Below the pieces are notes generated by a model. The model had not been told where the DNA came from and ran no database searches. It was given only the letters and a program-made list of their open reading frames with translations. The translations under genes and the position numbers were made by a program. DNA of 62,000 nt. It comes from Lama guanicoe. Lineage: Eukaryota. How positions within the stretch are numbered: position 1 is the first letter of the stretch; every line of letters starts with the position of its first letter. The stretch lies in NCBI GenBank assembly GCA_013239625.1, contig MU053376.1:1846507-1908506 (forward strand), read 5' to 3'. Shown here in pieces: positions 34,085 through 46,879 of this stretch.

Positions 34085-35755
34085 TTGCTTCTGCATATCA
34101 TGGACGAGGTAATTCCACATAGACCAACCAACCAATAGGAAAAAAGATTAAAAATCTGTTTGAAGTCATGAAGAGGCAACAAAGCAGTAAGACATTATGG
34201 GGTCAAGATCCAGGAGAAGAGAAAAACTCAAAAGAGAGTGTCACTGGGCAACTTTTCTCCTAGGGGCATCTGGAAGGTGCAGCTGAGAGGCTGGAAACCT
34301 AGTAGAATTTTTACTTAGAGGGCTAGGGGTTAAAAAAGTTGTATTCAGTACCTGCCAAGTAGAGTGGGCTCTAGTAAATATCCCGAACTTTGGGTTGATA
34401 CTCTGAAGGGCTGTATTTTAGGATTAAGCATGACCTAGAAATTGACTAGCCCCCCCCAGAGACTGAGGCCCAGCTTTGTACCCTCTAACTGCCTAATTGG
34501 ATTAAGGATCCTGATTGGATGGCTGTGTCTTAAACTATTTCCATATTTTACATAAATAACATTCAGTAAATAACCAAAAACAAGCAGATATAAGTGATAT
34601 GAAAATATGATTTGAAAACAAGAGAAATAACAGGCAACAGAAACAGATCCACAGAGGATCCAAATAATGGTGCTATCAGACATGGATTAAAAAATAGCTT
34701 TGCAAAATATGTTTTAAGATTAAGAAAAAAATGGATAATTTTGACAGAGATCTGAAAACTGTAAACTGGATAAAATGACAATTAATCAAACTAAAAAATG
34801 TAATAAATGAAAGTAAGAATGTATTGAGCAGCTCTCATGTAGTTGGGTAAAGCATTATTAAACTAGCAATAGAAGAAAATATCTAAAAGAAGCATGGAGA
34901 CCAAAATTATTTTTTATTATAAAAAAGAATACTGGTGATATAAGGAATGACAGAAAACATCTAACACACTAATAATTGGAGGCCCAGAAGGAGAGGACAG
35001 AGAGACCAGGATAAAAGCAATATTTAAAGAAATAATGCTGAGTTGTTTGTCAAACACTACAAAATATTCAAACTATATATTCAAGAAACTCTTTGAAACA
35101 TGCAGAGTAAATTAAGAAAACCACACTTCTGCCTAAGAAACAAAGACAAAGAGAAAATCTTAAGAGTAATTGAAGGCAAAAAAGACATACTCAGTGGATA
35201 CTCCGAGTTGGACTGACAGCCAAGTTTTCAATCGAGGGGAAGAAAAAGGAAGCCAGAAAAAAAAATGGATTAATATTTTTAAAGTGTTCATGGAATATAA
35301 TTTAAAATAAACAAAAGCAAAGGTAGAGTTAAGAATGGAGGAATAAGATATGTAAATTATACATATATTCTGACAAATAGAAATAAAGCAAATAAAAATG
35401 AGAAGGGGAGAAGAGACATAGAAGACAGTACAATTGTCACAAAGTTAACAGGTAGGAGTCCAAGGATTTATTAAAGCTGACAAGCCAAATAGTAAGGAGA
35501 AAAGTAGTCTATGGACATTACAAAAAGTATTAGTATAAAGGTAACCACTAGAACAAAAGTATTTACTCTCCCAAATAGAAAAAAAGAAAAAGGCAAATAA
35601 ATAAATAAATGAGCTAAAACTCACCTAAATAAAAGGAAAATATTTTCAGTTTGGCTCTCAAGCAAAATATAACTCTGCTGTATACAAGAGACATATCTAG
35701 GACAAAAGAATTCAGAGAAGCAAAATTAGCAGGATGACTAAAAGATATATACAAG
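34085..35755 (+). mobile_element. Old L1M 5' region: 5' UTR, decayed ORF1 and start of ORF2
   Basis: A-rich ORF1-like sequence (aattggaggcccagaaggagaggacagagag...gcaatatttaaagaaataatgctgag). ORF2 endonuclease start-like ctgctgtatacaagagacatatct (CCIQETYL). Confidence 0.7.
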
Positions 35756-36612
35756 AACGTTCTTAGTGGTGTTATTTGTAAGACTCAAACAACAACCAAA
35801 ATGCGTGGAGATAAATATAAATTGTGTTGTTGTATTCACACAGCTGCAGCTACTGATAAGATTATGCAAAGTAGAAGTACAGGTTAACAACATGGATGAA
35901 TCTCATCGTCGTAATATTGAGCAAAAGAGGCACAAAACAAGGTACATTGTATATGATTCCATTTAAAAATTTTTTATGTCATTTTATTTCAGGTTTACTG
36001 TGGTATGATTGACATGTAAAATTGTAAGATATTTAAAGTATACCACACGGTGATTTGATAGAAATATACATTGTGAAACCCCCCTAGTTAATTAACATAT
36101 CCATCACCTCACATCTTTATCTTTTTTGGGGGGTAAGTGGGTGAGAACATTTCAGTTGTACTCTCAGCAAATTTCAATTACATAATACAGTGACATAGAT
36201 GATTAATATCACCATAGATTTGTTCTGTCTGTTTTAAAATTTCATATAACATATGTTATATACGTAACATGTTATATGTAATGTAAACATCGTATGATAT
36301 GTGAAGTTTTTATATATATGTCATATGTATGCATAATGTATATAATGTAAATCTAATATATACAGTTTAAAAACAGGCAGAAGGAATCTATAGAGATAGT
36401 GATCAGGATGGTGGTCCCCCTTGCAGGAGAGTAATGACTGGAAAGGGATGCAGAGGGGCTTCTGGAGCACTAGGGTGATATTTCTCCATCTGGGTGCTGG
36501 TTGTATGGTTTGGTTCCCTTTGTGGGATTTCTTTAAGCTGGATACTGAAAGAGTTGTGTCCTTTTCTGTGTGTACGTTACATTTTAATAAAAGATCTACA
36601 TTAAAAAATATA
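35756..36612 (+). mobile_element. L1ME-like 3' end, split by an antisense L1MA and an AT-rich tract
   Basis: caacatggatgaatctca...tattgagcaaaagagg...tgtatatgattccattta, resuming at 36360 with aaaaacaggcag...gaggggcttctgg...acattttaataaaa. Confidence 0.75.
35970..36195 (-). mobile_element. L1MA-like 3' end nested in the L1ME
   Basis: ggtatgattgacatgtaaaattgtaagatatttaaagtatac...aattaacatatccatcacctcaca...gtgagaacattt...ctcagcaaatttcaa. Confidence 0.8.
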
Positions 36613-36799
36613 AACTGTTTACAAGCAAAAGACAAAGTGTAGGGTAAAGTCTCATGGAATATTGGACTTAATCATTGGAGAGAGTGATTTTAAATTCCAG
36701 TTTATATGAACACTGTCTCTAGGCTATTGAAGCCATTTTCTTTTCCTTATGAGCTGTCAAGATTTCTCCCTAGATTTGTTTTTGCCATCTCCAAATTAA

Positions 36800-37980
36800 A
36801 AATAGAATCTAGAAAAACAGGATAGAGAATTCAGAAGCAGATCTAAACACACACAGAAACTTAGCAGAGACTAAACTATGGAATTTCAAATTGGTGGAGT
36901 GGGAGAGAGGAATGGATTTTTCAATAACTGGTTTTGAGACAAGTAGCCATTTAGAAAAATTGTTATTGGATCCCTGTCTTCCCCTTTATATGAAAGTAAA
37001 TTTTAGATGAACTAAAATATACAAGTAAGAAATGAAACCATAAAAATACTAAAAACACAGGAGAATAATTTTTAAAATCATGGAATATAATCTAAAGCAT
37101 AGTTCAGAAAGTTCAGAAGCTATGTAAGGAAAGATGGATACATTTAAAAAGTTCTGCATGGTTAAAAAAATATAAAGTCAGAAGATTTTATATTATAAAC
37201 TGGGAAAAATATTTAAGCCCCATGACGAAGGACTAATTTCTTTTACAGACAAATAGCTCACTGTCAACAAAATGTTAAAAAAAAATGCCGGTAATCCAAA
37301 AGGAAAAATGAGCAGAGTATGAACTGTTGATTTAAACAAACAAACCAAAACCACAAAGACATTGCAACATACAAATGTACAATGCAGGAAAAGATACCCG
37401 GATCTCACTCATAATAGGGAAACACAAATGAAATTACAACTACAGCACATAATCATTTTTTACATATTCGATAAAAACATTTGCTTATACATTGTGTTTT
37501 CAAGGAAGGTAGCAGGCACGTATACCCTGTTGGCTGGGAAGTATCTGAAAGAATTTAAAATATGTATATCCTTTGACTTAGCAATTCCCTTCCAAGACTT
37601 TATTCTATAGATATTCTCATGTTCATAGTCAGAATGGCATTGTTTATGATGGCAAAAACTTGGAAACAATGGCAAGGACCATCAAAAGGGGGGACTAGTC
37701 GAATAAAAAAAGCACAGCTATCCAGTGGAGTGATAATATGAAAAATCTCCAGCATATACCATTAAATGGAAAAAAAAAAAACATGGTACAGAGTCAAGGG
37801 GGAGGGGCCTATACACAGATGTTTATATACACATAGAATATTTCTAGAAGAACATACAAGAAAATACTCACAATGTTTCCTTAGAGGTACAGAATTTTAA
37901 GGCAGGGTGAGGGATAGGAGGGAAATTTCTGTGTTTACTGTTTTGCATTCTTTGTACTGTTGGTTGTTACACCCATGTAG
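36800..37980 (+). mobile_element. L1ME-like ORF2 3' half and 3' UTR
   Basis: atggatttttcaataactgg...aaatgaaaccataaaaatacta...cctttgacttagcaattcccttccaag (FDLAIP, homologous to YDPAIP). Confidence 0.75.
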
Positions 37981-38873
37981 GAAAACAAAAGACAAAACAA
38001 GACAAAACCACTTCTCCTGTCCATAGTAATTCTTAGCAGAGACGCTGTTGGCATTTTGGGTATATCTCTGTCCCTTTGGACTAAGCGCCTGTATACTTCT
38101 GTGATCATTGTGGCAACCAGAACATGACCGTGTAGATTTGTGAGCAACCCAGTGTGTGCGGTCAGGTGGTGGTGCTGTTTAAGAATCTGAATTCTCTTCA
38201 CGGTTTCTCAGTTCCCGGGGTCTGCTGGCCTAGCAGGGTCTTGCCATGGGCAGCTATAAACCTTTACCTGGAAAAGAACCTACATAAACTTCCCTTGTAT
38301 AACTCCGGGGTTTTTAGCCAGTAGCAGTAGACACTGGTTAGAGAGCTCTAACTAGGCAGAGTTGCAGCTTTGCTGGGGTGAGGCATACCCTTCAGGCTTT
38401 CATAAAAATGGGCAAGAGTTCTGGAAGGAAGATTTTGGTTTCCTTCTCTTCAAAGTCATGGAGGATTTGTTGTATCCTAATGGGACTGGTCCATTTTTCT
38501 GTGGTGTGCTTTTTAGCTTTCTTGTAACAACAAAAAAAATCCTCCTGTACTATTCTCTGCCAACAGAGTTTTCTGAGATGGAAGGCAACAGATGTTTCTG
38601 TTGGAAATTGGCATCTGTCTCTCCCTTCACTGTGGCGTGCACTTCCTCCAAGCCCCAGCCTGGCCCGTGTAGCACTGAATTAATATTAGAAGCCTCTCTC
38701 AGGAGACTCATCAGACCCTAGTCTTCCTGGAGGCCATGAGGGTGAGCTGAGGTCTCTCTACGGAAGGGGGAGTAATGCTCCTGGTTTATCTGCTTCTGAC
38801 CCTCCTGAAACAGGAGGCAGGCTTTTGAGACATTACAGAAATCCTAAGTCTTTAGGATTCTATAGTTTACGGA

Positions 38874-39487
38874 TTTTTTTTTAATTAAAGTATAGTTGAT
38901 TTACAATTTTGTGTTAGTTTCTGTTACATAGCATAGTGATTCAGTTATACATACGTGTATTCTTTTTCATATTCTTTTCCATTATAGGTTATCCCAAGAT
39001 ACTGAATATAATTCCTTGTTACAGTAGGACCTTGTTATTTATTTTATATATAGTAGTTTGTATCTGCTAATTCCAAACCCCTAATTTATCCCTTTCTGTG
39101 CCTTTCCTCCTTGGTGACCGTAAGTTTGTTTTCTATGTCTGTGAGTCTGTTTTTTAAAAAGTTCATTTGTATCATTTTTTAGTTCCACATATAAATGCTA
39201 TCATATGATATTTGTCTTTCTCTCTCTGACTTCCTTCACTTAGTAGGATAAGCTCTAGGTCCACCCATCTTGCTGCAAATAGTATTATTTCAGTCTTTTT
39301 TTATGGCTGAGTAGTATTTTATGGTATGTATACACCAGAATGTATTTATCCATTCATCTGCTGATGGACATTTAGGTTGCTTCCATGTCTTAGCTTTTAT
39401 AAGTAGTGTTGTTGTGAACACTGGTGTGCATGTGTCTTTTTGAATCAGTTTTCTCTGGATATAAGCCCAGGGGTGGGATGCTGGATC
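38874..39487 (-). mobile_element. Young L1 3' end (camelid-type)
   Basis: The minus-strand ORF includes QKDTCTPVFTTTLLIKAKTWKQPKCPSADEW (ORF2 C-terminus). 3' UTR and T tail are on the left. No clear TSD. Confidence 0.92.
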
Positions 39488-39960
39488 TAGCAGGGTCTTA
39501 TAGCCTGACACACCCAGGGGTAAAAACACCGAGGTAGAAATCTGTCTTCTCAGAACATACCCAGAAATGAGTGAGTCTTTTCTTATACAGCACATTAATC
39601 AGGTGCCTTCTGTTACAAATTCAGCTTTTTTTTTAAGTTGCACACTAAATCTTGGAAATTCCTACCCTTTCCCAACCCCCTAGATTTCCTCCTTTATAAA
39701 ACAAACAAACAAACACGCCTGGATATTCTTTCTCTTTCCTCTTCTCACCCCTTGATCCCCCTCCACTCCCATCAAGGGGCACCCCCAGAGACTGCCTCAA
39801 AGCATTCTGGACAGTGTTTGTACTGATTTTCAAAAACATTTTAAGTGACATTTATCCCTCTTTTCTAATTAGAAAAGCAACATGTTTATCAAAGAAAATT
39901 TGGAACATACAGGAGAGCAAAATGGAGAAAATAATTACCAAGAGAGGCTTTTAACCTTTT

Positions 39961-40117
39961 TTGGGGGGAGAGGTAATTAGGTTTTTAAATTTTTATTTAT
40001 TTTTTAAAATTTATTTATTTATTTTTAACAGGGGTACTGGGGATTGAACCCAGGACCTCATGCATGCTAAAGCATGAGTTCTACTACTGAGCTCTACCAC
40101 TGAGCTCTACCCTCCCC
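39961..40117 (-). mobile_element. tRNA-derived SINE (camelid Vic-1-like)
   Basis: Minus strand reads GGGGAGGGTAGAGCTCAGTGG...GCATGAGGTCCTGGGTTCAATCCCCAGTACC with A and B boxes, an (AAAT)n linker and CCTAATTACCTCTCCCCCC before the A tail. Confidence 0.9.
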
Positions 40118-43100
40118 GCTAAACTTTTCTTTTAAATTGTCATTGTTTCTCCATCTTTACAGCCACAAACTCCTTCGCTCCACTTTCTGCATCTCTGAGG
40201 GTCTGGAATCTGGCACACAGAGAGCCAGAGCCCTGGAACCCTGTGTTATAAGGGTACCCGAGTATAGCAGGCAGCGCCGGCTTGGCTCTGAAGCCTTGCA
40301 GAATGGGAGAAGGCACTGCATCTCTGCAGGACATTTGGCTCCGGTCACCTCTCGAGGAGGGTGGTTTCTGGGAGGAACAGCAGAAGGTGTAGTAGACTGT
40401 GCACGAGTTCTTTCTCCTTACACCTTGTCAGCTTTTGCTCTTGGGCGGGCCAGGGGGGCTGTCTAGGGATGTGTGTTTTCTACCAAACTTTGAGCTCTTT
40501 CATCTTGGCTTTCCTCTCTGTCCTTGCGTGTTTAGGGTGAAACCTCTTTGTTGTGAAATACTGATTGTTCATGCTGTTGAATTTGTCAGAGAAGAACTGG
40601 GATCCAGAGTGAGAATCCTTCTGCCTGAAGGCTTCGGACTTGTGCTTTTGGCTAGTTCCTGGCAGATAATGACAGAAGGAATAAGGGGCAGAGAGGTCTG
40701 CCTTGGGGCTGCTCCTCTTGAGGACAGCAGTGTGAAAGCTCAAAAGAGATTGTCCTAGTTTTGATGACCCGCAGAGTTAAGGTTTCTGGGAGGACTTTTC
40801 ATTTTCAGAAAAACCCTCCTGTAGTTGAAAGGTGAGAATGTATGAGCTGTCCGAGCTGATGCCATTTCTGTGATGTCAGGTATGTGTTTCTCCAAAGGCA
40901 ACTGGATGTTGGGCTTGGGAAGGTAGGCACAGTGGGGCAGAAAGCTTGACAGAACTCCCTTGCTCCCAATTTCTGATTTTTTCCCCACCCTTTCACCCAG
41001 TCAATTCTGATACTCAAGTATCTTCTTCTATATCCCACACCAGAGGGTACTTTTATCCCTTATTCTGGCTCTGAAAATTCTGTTATCTTTCAGAACAGGC
41101 CAGGGGAAAAGAGAGAAACAGGCTTATTAAATAACTATGGTAGTTAAAAAAATTTTTTTGGTGAGTAGCTTCCCTCGTAGATTGTAACTTTTCAGAGAAG
41201 AATATGATGTAAAAATTCTTTCCATCAACCTTCTTGCCAGAATCCTCATCAAGAAGCATGTATGTGTTCCTGAGTGTTGCTGGCAACCATCTGGTTTGTC
41301 TCTGCTTCTCCCTTGCCCCCTTAGCTTTCCTCTTTGTTTGCTCTGGGGGAGGGGTGGGGTGGCGAGTAGGTACAAAGAAGTTAAGAGTGACCTGGACGTA
41401 GGCATCTGTCCCTAACCAAGAATCTCTATTAGATTTGCCTAAAAGTCCCCTCTTGGTGCCTGAAAAGGAGCCCGCTGTGTTTTAGACTGATCACAGCGCT
41501 GACCAAACATTTTTTTGTCTCTCCCCACAGGGCACAGTAGTAAGTGCTCAATAAAGATTTTGTTCGATTGAAGTGGTTGGAATTAAATATGATTTGTGTG
41601 TCATTGTATATTCAAATAAAATCTGTTCCCCGTCTGAGTTATTTTTCAAATTATATACTGCCGCTCTGAAGACTGTCATTTCCTGGATTTTCCTTTCCTG
41701 GTTTCTTTTCACCCACTTGCTTCCATTGTTCCAAATTTAGGTGTTTTGGAAGTGAGACTAGGTGGGTGTGGAAAGAATTTTGTTCAGTCAAAGGAAGATA
41801 GGAGATGAATGAGGAGAGGAGGGGAGGGGAGATGGATGGCTAAAACTGTCAGAATCTTTTGTCTGGGTTTTAGGGTCAGAAAATGGAAACTGGTGGAGCA
41901 GAAAATACCTTGCTTTGCTTTAAATCCCAGTTTGCCTTAGAGTGTCCATCTGCAGTGTGGGGACCGCATGCCTTCCAAGGTCCTTGGGTTTAATGCCCAC
42001 AGAGAACAGAACCTGTGGGGTGGGGTGGGGGGCACTCCTCCCCTCTAGGGGACCTTCCCAGGGCCTTCTAGATTTACAGCAGCCCTTTTCTCCTCCCCTT
42101 CCACTCTGGGATTCTCATGTCCATTTCCCACACCCCGCACCCCGTCAAAGTGAGGTGAAAAAGCCATTAGCTTTCTGTCTGCCCTGCTTTTCATCACCTT
42201 CCCAAGGCGGCCGCAAGTGCACTCCCAGTCCCTTTCAACCCCTTCTGTGTGGGTGTTAGACTGAGCGTTTAACTTCTCCTTCTTTATGAAAATGCATATT
42301 AGCTTTTCAGAGACTTAATCTCCTAATGATTTGTGTATGTTGGTTAAAAGGAAAAGCCATCATCCCTGCCTGGTATACTTGAACGTTTCCTTTGGTATAC
42401 TGATGGCAGGATTTCAAAAGTGAAGGACCATTTAATTTAATTTTGCAGATGGCAGGAGGTACTGTAGGAAGCTTGGTCACAATGTGCCCCCTCCCTGGAG
42501 AGTGGCTGCAGTGAATTCAGGTTGCCTGAGGGGCTTCGATGTGAGGAATCTACCTCTCTGCCGTCTTTCTGCCTGTCCTTCATCATAAAATCTGTTTTTG
42601 GAGGGAGGAACAGGGAGAGTAAGGAAAATTGCCTGGGTTGAAAAGCCAGTGACCGATGTGAGACTGCCCTTTGCAGCGATCAGCTCTGGACATATGGATT
42701 ACAACCAGCTACAGATTAACCTGTTCCCTCTTTAATTGTTTTATGGCCTCATCCTTCTGAAATTGCCCCCTCGTGGCCTGAAATCCTGTCTGGGGTTTTC
42801 CTTAGGCTGGGGACTGTGCTTGCTGGTGAGAAATAAGTCTGACCGTCTCCAGGGCACTAGCTCCTCAGTGACATGGATGAGAAGACCAGTGGGGATTCTC
42901 CTTATTTTATTTTTTGGGTGACACCTTTGCACAGAGAAGCAGACTCAGGATCCTGAATTGTTACTGCCCAGCGGCTGGATGTTTGCTGCTGAGTCCTGTT
43001 AAATTTCAGGGTTGGAAATCCAAGCTGTTGGCTTTTAGGCCAACCCCCAAAATGTTCACATATCACCCCTGGGGCCAGTGGACACACTCAAGGTCTTGGT

Positions 43101-43649
43101 TTTCACAGTCTGGCCATCGGATAAATTTCATTTCAGATCTTGCCCAAATGAGGGGAGGTGGTGGTTCTTTATGTTTTAGGGCCATGCTGCTCTCTAAAGA
43201 AGTCTGTATTAGATGCGTGTACATATATTTCTTCATAAATCATTCTAGAGGGAGATACAGGCATTCAGAGATTTGACAAAAACATCTTCCTAAAACTTCT
43301 GTTTGTTCTTTCTCAGGTAAAGGTAGATAGAAATAGCTCAGGGATAAGTTTTAACTTTTAAAAGTTCCTGTTTTTTTGGTAGACATCTCTCCTTTCTTGG
43401 CTCTTTTCTCCTTTTGTGGTGGCTGTCATTCCCACCTGCAGAAAACTTATTATTCTGTAAAAAACAAGAGGATCTGACAGTATTAATTTTGTACTATTGG
43501 TTTGACCATTACCCTTTAGTGTAAATAAACATTTATATTTCAGTCATTCATCTCCATCTGTGACTCGAAGGCCCTGTTCTTGTGTTAGCCATCACCAAGT
43601 AGGTGAGAAGATAGTTTTATTCTGTGCTATAGATTTATACGTTCTTTTA

Positions 43650-44245
43650 TTGATTCACTCATCTTTTCATTCAACAGATAGTTCATTGATCATCTGTCAG
43701 GTACCAGACACTACCCTAGGTGCTTTGTTTATATCAGTTAATAAAACAAAGATCTCTATGGGTTAACATTCCAGTGGGGGAAGAGGGAAATAAACAATAA
43801 ACATGGTGGAGATGTAAATTACTTAGTATTTAGGAGGTAATAAGTACTATAAAGAGGATCAGGACCTCACTATAGTGAGGTCAGGTTGCATTTTAAAATG
43901 GGGAGGGTGGGGACTTTTAGGTGAGGTCTTATAAAGTAGGGCACATTTGTAGTGAGATTTGTAGTACACAGATTTGAAGGAGGGGAGGGTGCAAGTGGAT
44001 ACTGGGGGAAGAGTCTTCTAGGCAGGGGAAACAGCCAGTGCAAAGGCCCTGGGGCAGAGCTCTGAGGTTCAAGTGTGGTTGTGTAACTGAGGAATAGCAA
44101 GGAGGCCTCTGTGATTAAAGCAGAGTGTCTGGTGGGGATAAGAGAGGAGTAGGAGATGAGGTCAGAAAGGAGGTGGTAGGGTCTGTAGGGGAAGGCAATG
44201 TCTGATCATGATATGCCATGTAGACTGCTGGCTTTTACTCTGTAA
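43650..44245 (-). mobile_element. L2a 3' portion
   Basis: ttcattcaacagatagttcattgatc...ctaggcaggggaaacagccagtgcaaaggccctgggg...aggagatgaggtcagaaagg. Confidence 0.87.
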
Positions 44246-45139
44246 ATATCCATGCATATATCTCTGTCTCTACATCTACATCTATATCTGCATCACACTA
44301 GGCACCATCAGATCTTACAGTTTCCATTTCTCCCATCTTCTTAACTCGAGAAGATCTCTCTTTAGGAATAGGGGGTGGGAGGGAGGTTGATTGTGAGGGA
44401 AGATGTAGAGAAGCTTGTGCCAAAGCCTTAGATAGAGACCTGGCACCTGGGCTTTTTGAGATGTGGTACATTCGTAAGATTCCTCCTACTCACCCGTCTC
44501 TGGCACACAGAGTAGGAAATTCACATATTTCTCTTAACCCAGCTTCTCCCCTTCTTCTGCTTCAAGAGTCTCAAATTAGATTTTTGGCCTATTTGACATA
44601 ATTTTGGCCAGTTTCTCAAGGTGTTTCCCCACTGTTAGCCCTCTTATTCCAGAGAGCATCCTGAAGCACTCTTCTATACCACCTACCTGATTCTTTCTAA
44701 TTCTGGAAAGGAACTTTCCAACAGCGTTTAAGTGAAGAAATAGACATGAAAGCCCTTTGAAACTCAAACTCTAGGAAGACATGGGCAAGAAGCATCACTC
44801 TCTTCCTTACCCACCTTCGTACCCAGAAAAGCACAGCCAGGGGGTCACTCCTGAGACGTTTCATTAGGGGCAGTAGTTCTCTCTCTTGGCCAAGCTGGAT
44901 ATCGGGCATATCTGGGTCCAGACTAGCCCTGACCTTTTTACCAAGTCCTTGTGTTTCTTTGTGCTAAGAAGTCCAGGGGTGGCGTGGTTTTCCACAGGAG
45001 AATATGGAATGGTTTATTCTAGATGAGAATTTCATCTTAGGGACCTGATTTTCTATTTGTTTTGTATTTAAGTGCCATTGTATTACTGTCTAAAGTCCCT
45101 AGATGGATTTTGAAAACACCGACCAGAACCCTGTCCGTA

Positions 45140-45388
45140 GCCAGTGTTTTTTGACTGCAGATTGTGACCCCTTTGCCAAGCAGGTCACAAAACCAATTTT
45201 GTTGCCCGCTCAGCAGATTTTTGAAAATATAAATAGAATAAGATTAAAAAAAAAGGATAGACAGTATCAAAGTGCATTGGATGTAGAAAGAGTAAATACT
45301 GTTGCTTCAAACGTTTAGTGTGTATACCGGGTCACAGTGTAACATGTATTGCTCATTACAGGTCATGGTCAGAAAAAGTTCAGTGCTG
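45140..45388 (+). mobile_element. MER103C-like hAT-Charlie element
   Basis: cagtgttttttgactgcagattgtgaccc...aaatagaata...gggtcacagtgtaacatgtatt...ggtcatggtcagaaaaagtt. Confidence 0.7.
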
Positions 45389-45824
45389 TATTAGACTGTC
45401 CAAAAATTGTATTTGCTTATTACAGGACTGGTGAGGACAGAGGAGAAGTGAGTGCCTTGGAGGATTATGTCTCTCTGAGATAAAAGTAGAAGTTGGAGTG
45501 GCAGTTTTTAGTTAGAAAAACAACCAGATTGGGTTTGTTACTCTTCTATGAAGGTAGAAGTTACTGTGCCAGAGCATTGTGCTGTTCAGGTCAACAGGAA
45601 CTAAGCTGGTTGTTTCCTCTCTGCACAAAGAGTTGTGCAATTTCCAGTGGGAACTCCCTCTGGAGGTGGAGAGGGAAGGGGAAGGAAGAGTGAGAAAGGG
45701 GCAGTTAGGCAGGAATCTTCATTCTGTGTCCAGCTGACCCAGGATCTGCACGTAGTTAACTCTGAGGCTTTGCTGGAATCTGCCAAACATTCATTGTTGA
45801 AAACAGGGGAAGCACAACTCATTT

Positions 45825-46010
45825 CCATTGATTTCAGTTCAACATTTATGCCAGCTCTGCACAAGGTGCTGGGATGTAACGATGAATAAGACATGGTCTT
45901 GGACTCACGATGCTCCTAGCCTGGCAGGGAAGATAATGTAAATGGCTAATTACCGTACATTGTGCTGAATGTCATAATAGAGAGTGTATATGAAATGCTC
46001 TGGAATAGAG
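45825..46010 (-). mobile_element. L2 3' end
   Basis: ttcaacatttatgccagctctgcacaaggtgctggga...gatgaataagacatggtc. Confidence 0.75.
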
Positions 46011-46879
46011 CTTATGAATTAGGGGAACCATGCTTTCAGCCTTTTATTCTGAGAAACGTACCTTTTAATAATAAAGAACTGAAACAGGGGTTTCTTTTCT
46101 AAAAGTTGGGGAAGTCAGTCTATTGAAAAGAAAAATGAAATTTCTAAGGGATTTGGGTTCATCCAGGCAGGCTATTGTGTTATTTCATGTCTTTTATTTT
46201 TAAAGATAAATTTTGACATAATCCTTGCCCAGAAAGTCTGGAGACACATAAAATAATTTAAAGTGATTCTCTATAATGTCCTTTAAAAATACTGACAAAC
46301 AAAACAATAGGAACTTGAGGGGTTTTCTCTGATGGAACCCACAACACATTGCTTTTACTTTCTCTTTCATCTTTAAAATCAGTAATAACGTTTGGGGACA
46401 TGTAAAATCATGACTACTTCAATAAAAGAAGTAGCAGTGCAAGTTACAGATCTGGATTGTTTGAGACGTGGCCTTCAAAGGGTGTGAGGTGGGTAGGAAG
46501 AGGAGAAGTACTTCTCAGTTTCTCAGATGAAGAAAGTGAAACCCAGAGACCCAAGTCTCCTGACTCTTGGCACATACCCTGCTGCTGCCTTTAATGTCTG
46601 AACGATGGTGCTGATCACTCACAAGATCAGAGCGGGTGGTCGGGTTTTTGCTAGTATTTGGAAGCGTCAGGCTTTTTGTGTTTTGTGGAGTTATTTGCAT
46701 TTTGCTTTATTTGGATGTTCAGGTTGAGGGAGTCATTATCAGAAGAGTCTTGAAACCCTTGAGCCCTCTGAAAATAAAAAGTCTCACATTTCCCTTCTAC
46801 TTTGGCTCTCTGTTGGAGTGGAACACTTCTGTCATTAAAAACATTGTAGTTTGCTTATCTAATTTCTCCTCTGTGTGAT

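Noticed and set aside
40030..40117. tRNA-like A/B boxes (also at 55880-55960)
   Set aside because: They are SINE heads followed by SINE linker and A tail, not tRNA genes.
42017..42051. G-rich runs here and at 41345 and 44371
   Set aside because: Only three closely spaced G3+ tracts; a fourth needs a long loop, so these are weak G4 candidates.
43866..43880. CTCACTATAG resembling the T7 promoter
   Set aside because: Only 10 nt match, explained by the palindrome, with no other vector sequence.
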